Shown here: one piece after another, positions 46,334 to 53,220 of the stretch
How positions within the stretch are numbered: the stretch's first letter is position 1
How the letters are laid out: each line of letters starts with the position of its first letter
Source of the DNA: a virus
Lineage: Duplodnaviria; Caudoviricetes
IMG/VR virus record: IMGVR_UViG_3300035670_000282
Location: 1 to 53,220 of that record
Reading direction: 5' to 3' (one strand)
DNA length: 53,220 nt
Notes under the pieces: generated by a model
What the model was told of the DNA's origin: nothing
The model's input: the letters and a program-made list of their open reading frames with translations, nothing else
The model's database searches: none
Made by a program: the position numbers and the translations under genes

Positions 46334-47307
46334 TTAGTTTAAGCTCCTTTATGTAGTGATACATAAAGATAATCTCTCTAATTGCTGGAAACTCTTTAGA
46401 GCCAATCTAACTACAACATAAAGATGAAATATGCTTAAGTGTGAAAGTTTAAAAATAGATTGGATTAGACAATCAGCAGGTAAGCTCCGAATAGGAGAAA
46501 CTTCAACGACTAGCCTTATGGCGTACACCTAAGTAGGTGGAAATGGGAGATATCTTGATTAGTTTTACCATTTATGATATACTTAATTAAGTTTAACACA
46601 AAAGGTAAGACTCAAATGTGGAAAGATGTTGTAGGTTTTGAGGGGTATTATGAAGTATCAGATCAAGGTGAAGTCAGATCAGTAAAAAGAACTGTCCTGC
46701 AAAAAAATGGTAAACTCTCTACTTATCCAAGTCGATTACTTAAACCTGATACTTCTGGCACTAGTAAAACAATTTATTTAAGGGTATCTTTATCAAAGAA
46801 TAATAAAGTATCCCGACAACTTGTACATAGACTAGTAGCTCAAGCTTTTATCCCAAATCCTAATAATAAGCCTCATGTAAACCATGTAGATAATGATTCA
46901 TTAAATAATTCAGTATCAAATTTAGAATGGTGTACTCATTCAGAAAATATGATTCATGCTCAAAAGCAAAATAGATTATTTGAATCTCAATCTAAAGGTG
47001 GAAAGTTAGGTGGATCAAGAGCAGTTGAAAAAGTTAATAAAAAATTAGAAAGTATATTAAATACTACAGTAAACAACTGGTATGTAAATAAAGCTTTAGG
47101 TAAAGATAAGCATAATCATTATATACTTGGAGTTACCTGTGTTAACTGTAATACAGAATATACTAGAACATTAACTTATCTAACAAACTCTTTTACAACT
47201 TCTTGCATTAAATGTAAATCAAGATAAAGATATAGTCTGGTCTATATAGAGATATATAGCTGTATTTATACAGAGTAAGAATTAACGACTCTTACTGAAC
47301 ATAAACG
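46334..47307 (+). mobile_element. Group I intron (IA2-like) in the primase Walker A
   Basis: U.G pair in P1 (GGGT|TTA-GTT-TAAGCTC); P AATTGCTGGAAACTC, Q CAATCAGCAG, R TTCAACGACTAG, S GATATAGTCT; terminal G; splicing gives SGTGKT. Confidence 0.92.
46616..47227 (+). CDS. Intron-encoded NUMOD4-HNH homing endonuclease
   Basis: MWKDVVGFEGYYEVSDQGEV, VHRLVAQAFIPNP..VNHVDN..NN..NLEW; start ATG 46616 with AAGGT RBS. Confidence 0.9.
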   Translation: MWKDVVGFEGYYEVSDQGEVRSVKRTVLQKNGKLSTYPSRLLKPDTSGTSKTIYLRVSLSKNNKVSRQLVHRLVAQAFIPNPNNKPHVNHVDNDSLNNSVSNLEWCTHSENMIHAQKQNRLFESQSKGGKLGGSRAVEKVNKKLESILNTTVNNWYVNKALGKDKHNHYILGVTCVNCNTEYTRTLTYLTNSFTTSCIKCKSR

Positions 47308-49230
47308 AAGACTTACTCTTCTAATATTATTGAAGAGACTGTTATTAGACAATTCAAGGAAATATTTACTAATAGTACATTCCTTGGTTTAGCTGAAATT
47401 AGTCTTGCCAATCTAGCAGTACAAAGAGCTAGAAAGTATAACGAAGATCCAGATACTATGAGAGAAGCTCTTGAGAAGGAGTTTAACTCACTAGGTCCAT
47501 TAGTATTCTCATTTGACTCTGGTACTTCTCCAGCAGTTAAACAGATGAGGCATAAACTCCTAATGGCTGGAGCAGGTAGTATTAATTTAATAGTAGATGA
47601 AATTGGTTCTAATCTGGTTTCTAATACCGATGTATTAAATACATTCCTAGAACTTTATGATGTAGGAAAGATTAAACAGAAACTAGTTAAGAATACCAAA
47701 GATAATACTCGTACAGAAGAAATAGATGGTAGGACTCCTACTAATATGATGTTGTATGGTACTCCTTCTAAGTTATTAAATGGATCTAAGACTGAAGAAG
47801 AGTTCTACTCTATGTTAGAAACTGGTTATGCTAGAAGATGTTTATTTGGTTTTGCTAAGAAAGTAAATAAGCTCTATCAGTCCTCTCCAGAAGAAATCTA
47901 CGATATGTTAGTAGATAACTCTTCAGAACAATTCCTTGATGATCTATCTAATCATATTGGTTCTCTAGCTGATATTGTTCACTTTAATAAGAAGTTACAA
48001 ATGAGTAAAGATTTAGCCTTATTACTCATTGAATACAGACTGAGATGTGAACGTATAGCGGATAGTTTAAAAGACCATGAAGAGATCCTTAAAGCTGAAA
48101 TATCTCATAGATATTATAAAGCTCTGAAGTTATCTGGTGCTTATGCCTTCATAGAAGGTAATCCAGAAATAACAGAAGATAATCTATATGCAGCTATTAA
48201 GAGAGTAGAAGAATCAGGTGAAGCATTTACTGAAATTCTTACAAGAGAACGTAACTATGAAAAGTTAGCTAAGTATATTGCCTCTGTAGGTAAAGAAGTA
48301 ACTCAAGTAGATCTAGTAGAAGATCTTCCATTCTATAAGGGAAGTGAATCTTCTAAGAGAGACTTAATGAATCTAGCAGTAGCTTATGGCTATAAGCATA
48401 ATATTATTATTAAGAAGTCTTTCTCTGATGGTATTGAGTTCTTCCAAGGTGAGTCTATGGATGAAACAGATCTAAACCAATTAATCTGTTCATACAGCTT
48501 AGATATTGCTAAGGACTTTAAGGATGAAATAGCACCTTGGGATAAGTTATATAAGATGGTTACAGCAGATGGTATTCATTACACTGCACATCACTTTGAC
48601 AGTGGCTATAGGAATGCCTCTAAGGTCATACCAGGCTTTAATCTAGTCATAGTGGACGTAGACCAAGGTATCAAGCTAGACACTGCCAGAGAGCTTTTGG
48701 CAGGCTTTAAAGCACTATACGCAACTACCAAGAGGCATACTCCTGAAGAGAATAGATTCAGGATCATATTTCCTTTATCACATATCGTTAAGCTTAATCC
48801 TGCTACCTATAGTAAGTTTATGCTTAATGTATTTAATTGGCTTCCATTTGAAGTGGATAGTCAAACCAAAGATATATCCCGTAAATGGGAATCCTTTAAT
48901 GGTCAATACCACTATGAAGATGGAGAGCTATTAGATGCAATGCTCTTTATTCCTGAAACTAAGAAACAGGAAGATCAACATAAAAAAGTATTAGATCATG
49001 GCTCACTAGATAATCTACAAAGATGGTTCCTATTTAATACCAATTCAGGTAATAGAAATAATCAGCTATTTAAGTTAGGAACAGCATTACTAGATTCTGG
49101 TAAGAGCTTTAGAGAAGTAAGGGATTCAGTCCTTAACTTCAATAACCAACTATCTGATCCTCTATCTGAAGAGGAAATAGATAAAACAATAATGGTCTCC
49201 ATTATGAATAAACTTCAACAAAAACCATAA
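47308..49230 (+). CDS. N4 gp43-like DNA primase/P-loop protein, exon 2
   Basis: FDSGTSPAVKQMR, DEIGSNL, TGYARR, DVD..TTKRH, PriCT-like GNRNNQL. Confidence 0.88.
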   Translation, partial: KTYSSNIIEETVIRQFKEIFTNSTFLGLAEISLANLAVQRARKYNEDPDTMREALEKEFNSLGPLVFSFDSGTSPAVKQMRHKLLMAGAGSINLIVDEIGSNLVSNTDVLNTFLELYDVGKIKQKLVKNTKDNTRTEEIDGRTPTNMMLYGTPSKLLNGSKTEEEFYSMLETGYARRCLFGFAKKVNKLYQSSPEEIYDMLVDNSSEQFLDDLSNHIGSLADIVHFNKKLQMSKDLALLLIEYRLRCERIADSLKDHEEILKAEISHRYYKALKLSGAYAFIEGNPEITEDNLYAAIKRVEESGEAFTEILTRERNYEKLAKYIASVGKEVTQVDLVEDLPFYKGSESSKRDLMNLAVAYGYKHNIIIKKSFSDGIEFFQGESMDETDLNQLICSYSLDIAKDFKDEIAPWDKLYKMVTADGIHYTAHHFDSGYRNASKVIPGFNLVIVDVDQGIKLDTARELLAGFKALYATTKRHTPEENRFRIIFPLSHIVKLNPATYSKFMLNVFNWLPFEVDSQTKDISRKWESFNGQYHYEDGELLDAMLFIPETKKQEDQHKKVLDHGSLDNLQRWFLFNTNSGNRNNQLFKLGTALLDSGKSFREVRDSVLNFNNQLSDPLSEEEIDKTIMVSIMNKLQQKP

Positions 49231-49242
49231 GGTGAATTAAAC

Positions 49243-49953
49243 ATGAGCATGTTCTCAAATCTATCTACAGAAAACTTACAACCAGAATCTGACTTTGTTC
49301 CAGGCAATAGTCGTTTATTTGAATCAGATATACATCCAATGACAGTTAAGTTGGCTTATGCTGAAGAATCTTCTGGTGGAGCATTAGGTGTAACCTTTGT
49401 ATTTACAAATGGTTCTAAGGAACTAAAGCAAACCTTCTATGTAACTACAGGAAAGGCTAAGGGACAGAAGCCTTACTATGAGAAGGATGGTAAGCAGTAT
49501 CCACTTCCAGGCATGAGTATGGTAAACAGTATCTGTCTCATGGCTACTGGAGAACCTCTAGATAAGCAAGAAACAGAAGAGAAGGTTATTCCTATTTGGG
49601 ATAACACTCAACGTAAGGAAGTACCTACTAAAAAGCAGGTACTCATGGATCTTCTAGGTAAGGATTTACTTCTTGGTATTCTCAAGGTAGTTGAACCAAA
49701 GAAAGCTAAAGACTCAATGGGTAATTGGGTTGATACTAGTGAATCTCGTACTTTCAATGAAGTAGACAAGGTGTTCCATCCTGAAAACCATAAGACTGTA
49801 ACTGAGATTCTAGCTCAGTCAGAAACTGCTGAGTTTTATGATAAGTGGATTGAAACCAATAAGGGAAATGTTAAAGATAGAACCAAGAAGTCTAATACTA
49901 CTGCTTCTACTCCTGCTACTAGTGCTTCTCCTAAGAAGTCACTATTCTCTTAA
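49243..49953 (+). CDS. ssb: Single-stranded DNA-binding protein (N4 gp45-like)
   Basis: LAY..S.GGA, YYEKDGK..LPG, NEVDKVF, C-terminal KKSLFS tail typical of N4 SSB. Confidence 0.85.
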   Translation: MSMFSNLSTENLQPESDFVPGNSRLFESDIHPMTVKLAYAEESSGGALGVTFVFTNGSKELKQTFYVTTGKAKGQKPYYEKDGKQYPLPGMSMVNSICLMATGEPLDKQETEEKVIPIWDNTQRKEVPTKKQVLMDLLGKDLLLGILKVVEPKKAKDSMGNWVDTSESRTFNEVDKVFHPENHKTVTEILAQSETAEFYDKWIETNKGNVKDRTKKSNTTASTPATSASPKKSLFS

Positions 49954-49964
49954 TCCCTCCTCTA

Positions 49965-49988
49965 TAGCCTATGCATTAGCATAGGCTA
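49965..49988 (+). terminator. Hairpin after ssb (terminator-like)
   Basis: TAGCCTATGC-ATTA-GCATAGGCTA; weak U-tract. Confidence 0.55.
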
Positions 49989-50010
49989 CTCTCCCTTATA
50001 AGGAATAAAT

Positions 50011-50307
50011 ATGTATATGAATGATGTTATTATTGCAGTTAACCCAGAACATTCTAATGAATTAGAAACTCTTGTTCACCATTATGAAGAGTATTCTAAG
50101 GTATATAAGAATGATAAGTTCTATTTCACCATTAATGATGTTCACTGGGAAGAAGAATATGGTGAATTAGAAGAAGCTATTATTAGCTTTCTACATCGTA
50201 TTAAAAAATTTGCCTTTATTCGTATGGGTGATGATATTAATGATCTTGAAGTACATGGTAATTTAAAAGACTTTTTACTAGAAGTATCAATTAGAGTAGA
50301 TTACTAA
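50011..50307 (+). CDS. Hypothetical protein
   Basis: FIRMGDD..D.E..G motif. Confidence 0.65.
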   Translation: MYMNDVIIAVNPEHSNELETLVHHYEEYSKVYKNDKFYFTINDVHWEEEYGELEEAIISFLHRIKKFAFIRMGDDINDLEVHGNLKDFLLEVSIRVDY

Positions 50308-51026
50308 TGAAAGAGAATGACCATTTAGTTCTAATATCAGGTAAATCCTCAACAGGTAAATCAGCTTCTCTCATGGGTATTGAACACCCTGAAGGAGTTA
50401 TTTACTCGAATTGTGAAAATAATAAAAAGTTACCATTCAAAAGTAAGTTTAAAGAATTTACTGTAACTGATCCTTTACAGATCTATCAGATCTTTGAAGA
50501 AGCTGAAAATATGGATGTACATACCATAGTAATAGATAGCTTAACCTATCTGATGGATATGTATGAAACTGTATATGTATTACCAGCTACAAACAGTATG
50601 AAAGAGTGGGGTAACTATGCTCAATTCTTTAAAAGGCTAATGAGCCAATATGTAGCTAAATCCAGTAAGAATGTAATCTTTACTGCACATACTAGTGATA
50701 TTATGAATGAAGCTGAAATGTCACAAGAAACCTTAGTAAAGGTTAAGGGTTCAGTAATGAACACTGGCATTGAAAGTTATTTCTCTACAGTTATATCCTG
50801 TAAAAAAACTCCTATTAAAACTCTATCTAACTATAAGAATACACTTCTTACTGTTACTCCTGAAGAAGAAGCATTAGGCTTTAAGTATGTTTATCAAACC
50901 AAGTTAACTAAAGAAACAGTTAATGAAAGAATGCGTAGTCCATTAGGTATGTGGAATACAGAAGAAACATACATAGATAATAATGTACAGTTAGTAATTG
51001 ATAGATTACATGATTACTATGACTAA
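50307..51026 (+). CDS. Sak4-like/AAA_24 ATPase (N4 gp44-like)
   Basis: GKSSTGKS, IVIDSLT, FTAH, ERMRSPLG. Confidence 0.88.
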   Translation: MKENDHLVLISGKSSTGKSASLMGIEHPEGVIYSNCENNKKLPFKSKFKEFTVTDPLQIYQIFEEAENMDVHTIVIDSLTYLMDMYETVYVLPATNSMKEWGNYAQFFKRLMSQYVAKSSKNVIFTAHTSDIMNEAEMSQETLVKVKGSVMNTGIESYFSTVISCKKTPIKTLSNYKNTLLTVTPEEEALGFKYVYQTKLTKETVNERMRSPLGMWNTEETYIDNNVQLVIDRLHDYYD

Positions 51027-51486
51027 AGCTTGGTTAGCAGTAGACCCTGGATTAAAGGGTTACTTATGCTTATTGGTTCCAGACTTAAAGATTGTAGAAT
51101 TTAAACCAAATACTGAACAACCAAGAACTATATCTGCTTGGTTAAAAGATATAGACAGTAAGTACGAATTAGTAATAACTGTTATAGAAGATGTACATTC
51201 TATATTTGGTACTTCAGCTAAATCTAATTTTAACTTTGGATTTAATACAGGTTTAATTACTGGAATCATACAAGCTAATAGTTTACCTCTAGCTAAAATA
51301 CAACCTAAGAAATGGCAGAAAGCTATTGGTTGTAAAACATCAGGTAAAGAGTTAAAGAAAGAAGTAGCTCAGATAGCTTCTAATATTTATCCTTATGTTC
51401 TCCTATACGGATCTAGAGGAGGTTTACTAGATGGTAAATCAGATGCATTAATGATAGCGCATTATGCCTATCTAACTTATAGATGA
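51019..51486 (+). CDS. RuvC-like Holliday junction resolvase
   Basis: AVDPG, IEDV, FNFG, PKKWQK, DGKSDALMIA. Confidence 0.85.
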   Translation: MTKAWLAVDPGLKGYLCLLVPDLKIVEFKPNTEQPRTISAWLKDIDSKYELVITVIEDVHSIFGTSAKSNFNFGFNTGLITGIIQANSLPLAKIQPKKWQKAIGCKTSGKELKKEVAQIASNIYPYVLLYGSRGGLLDGKSDALMIAHYAYLTYR

Positions 51487-51493
51487 GGATTCT

Positions 51494-51943
51494 ATGAATA
51501 TATATTTAAATAATAGTGAGCTTACAGAAGCTCTAATTAGTTATGTTAAAACTAGGTATGGTTTAGATGATAACAATGACTTTACTATTCAACTTAAAGC
51601 TGGTAGGAATTGGAAGACTAGAGTAAGTAAGGGTAATTCAGCAGTTATTACTGTAGCTGAAAGACGTGATCCTAATGCTCCAGTACAGCTAGAACTGCCC
51701 CTAGAAGAGCCTGTAAGCTCTCCAGAAGAGGTAAGTGCTACTCAGGTATTGGTAGAGCCTGTAGAAGCTGCTGTAGACGATTCTGCACCCTTTGAAGAGG
51801 ATGTCATTGAGGAAGATGAACCAGAAGATGAACCAGAAGAAGGAATAGAACCTCCTAAGTTCTTCTCTAATCCTTCACTTAAGGATATTGAGCAGATTAA
51901 GGAACCAGAAGATAAACCTTCCTTTAAGTCTCTCTTTGCATGA
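51494..51943 (+). CDS. Acidic protein (N4 gp47-like position)
   Basis: EL..AL..YV...LKAGR...GNSA; acidic tail ending KSLFA, like the SSB tail. Confidence 0.6.
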   Translation: MNIYLNNSELTEALISYVKTRYGLDDNNDFTIQLKAGRNWKTRVSKGNSAVITVAERRDPNAPVQLELPLEEPVSSPEEVSATQVLVEPVEAAVDDSAPFEEDVIEEDEPEDEPEEGIEPPKFFSNPSLKDIEQIKEPEDKPSFKSLFA

Positions 51944-52107
51944 ATAAGTTAAAAGCTATACTATTAACTCCAGTAGTTATAGCAATAACTATTGTATTCA
52001 CCTTCCTTATACCAATACTTACATTTGGTTTTTTATTTCTAATAGTTGGTTACATTCTATATATGTTAATCAATGATTATTTAGAAGAACAAAACCAAGA
52101 TGAGTAA
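51940..52107 (+). CDS. 55-aa membrane protein (absent from ORF track)
   Basis: MNKLKAILLTPVVIAITIVFTFLIP...; ATGA overlap. Confidence 0.6.
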   Translation: MNKLKAILLTPVVIAITIVFTFLIPILTFGFLFLIVGYILYMLINDYLEEQNQDE

Positions 52108-52126
52108 TCCCCTTGCTAGTAATAGC

Positions 52127-52330
52127 TGACAGCCTGGAACAGACAGGCACTTAATAACTCGAACCTTTCCAAGCTAACCCTCGAAAGAGTGGATGGATGC
52201 AGGCGAAGTAGTTAGCACGACGATCCTGCCCTCGGCCATGCGGAGATGAACAGGCGAACCACCTGCCGGAGACATGGTATGCAAAGCCCAGTGCACGGGG
52301 CCTGTGGTGACAGCCGGGAGAGACCGGCAC
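52127..52330 (+). ncRNA. GC-rich structured leader flanked by a repeated hairpin motif
   Basis: TGACAGCCTGGAACAGACAGGCAC and TGACAGCCGGGAGAGACCGGCAC with compensatory stem change. Confidence 0.5.
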
Positions 52331-52358
52331 CTACTAACTTAACTAAGAGGTAATTACC

Positions 52359-52622
52359 GTGGAAGAAAGAGATTTTGGATGGGCATTACGTGGCCTAAAA
52401 CAAGGGCGCAAGCTGCGTCGTAGCGGTTGGAATGGGAAAGGCTTGAGTGTTGAGCTACAGGTTCCTGACGCCAACAGTAAAATGACGCTTCCTTACATCT
52501 TTATGAACTACCCTGCTACACCTGCAAGTGATACAGCACCACCAAATCACATCAATGCCAAAGTTCCGTGGCTCGCATCTCAGACCGATATGCTTGCCGC
52601 TGATTGGGAAATTGCAGAGTAG
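52359..52622 (+). CDS. tad2: DUF2829/Tad2-family anti-defence signalling-molecule sponge
   Basis: DFGWAL..LK.G.K..R.GWNGKG, PYI.M, VPWLASQTDMLA.DW signature. Confidence 0.85.
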   Translation: MEERDFGWALRGLKQGRKLRRSGWNGKGLSVELQVPDANSKMTLPYIFMNYPATPASDTAPPNHINAKVPWLASQTDMLAADWEIAE

Positions 52623-52721
52623 AAATAAAAACGCAGCAGAGCGCCATAGCTTGGGTTGATCGCTGAGGATGGTCGGAGGGTGCTAGCCCCTCCCTGCTGC
52701 GCCCTATTTGGAGAGTAAGAA

Positions 52722-52979
52722 ATGACAGAAATGACGCACGGCGATTGGATCAGATATGTAGAGGAACTAACCGAACTCACTAATAGCATCGACCATCAAT
52801 TTAAGGGAGATAATTTAATCGAATACATTAATAGCATCGAACATCAAAGAGCCGAGTTGCTGGAGACGCTGGAAACACTAGCGGAGCATTTTGAGTATTA
52901 CATGGGCAACAACTAGTGCAGGCCACTTGAAAACGCCAAAGCAGCAATTGCCAAAGCGAAGGTAGATATAAATGGATAA
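52722..52979 (+). pseudogene. Hypothetical phage gene with in-frame TAG at 52914-52916
   Basis: ELLETLE...NN*CRPLENAKAAIAKAK continues the common ELLEAL...ARAAIAKA motif past the stop. Confidence 0.5.
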
Positions 52980-53124
52980 TGACAATGTGTTTTTTATTGG
53001 TCTTATGGTAATCACCGTTTCAGTAGTGCTTGCTATTGCCATCGCTGGTATCTACGACAATCACCTAAACCACCAATGTAGAATGGACCCTATATGTCAG
53101 ATGAGCATGAGGTGTGAGAGATGA
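52972..53124 (+). CDS. 50-aa membrane-anchored peptide
   Basis: MDNDNVFFIGLMVITVSVVLAIAIAGIY... Confidence 0.5.
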   Translation: MDNDNVFFIGLMVITVSVVLAIAIAGIYDNHLNHQCRMDPICQMSMRCER

Positions 53125-53220
53125 ACCATACACAAGGTCCTTGGGATTATGAATCCTTCGCACTAAGCGAAGAAATTGTATCAAACGACAAGGTAATAGC
53201 GACAGTGTATTCGAGGCATT
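53121..53220 (+). CDS. Hypothetical protein (partial)
   Basis: MNHTQGPW (HTPGPW-type start), GAGGTG RBS. Confidence 0.55.
   Translation, partial: MNHTQGPWDYESFALSEEIVSNDKVIATVYSRH

Overview
About 53 kb of an AT-rich, N4-like (Schitoviridae-type) lytic phage genome, apparently circularly permuted across the genome end. 1-22.8 kb (minus strand) is the late module: N4 gp53-gp59-like genes including major capsid and portal, lysis genes, several tail-fibre genes, adaptor, terminase large subunit, a gp69-like gene and two free-standing homing endonucleases. 22.8-24.3 kb is a mostly non-coding terminus/origin-like region with direct repeats, a (TA)14 tract, a DnaA box and an IHF consensus site. From 23.3 kb onward (plus strand) come early and middle genes: four promoter-gene-terminator cassettes sharing a 28-bp motif, a two-subunit T7-like RNAP II, three tRNAs, an AAA ATPase/vWA pair, nucleotide metabolism genes, a family A DNA polymerase split into two ORFs, primase, SSB, a Sak4-like ATPase, a RuvC-like resolvase and a Tad2/DUF2829 anti-defence gene. 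Two group I introns carrying HNH endonucleases interrupt the AAA ATPase and primase genes. Most notable unexplained signals: about 13 dispersed ~100-bp helically phased elements resembling strong gyrase sites, two separate early mini-proteins resembling sigma-factor fragments, the split polymerase with an ORF inserted at a TAAATGA duplication, and several intergenic pseudoknot-forming RNAs. All assignments come from motif recognition and gene order by eye; no database searches were run.
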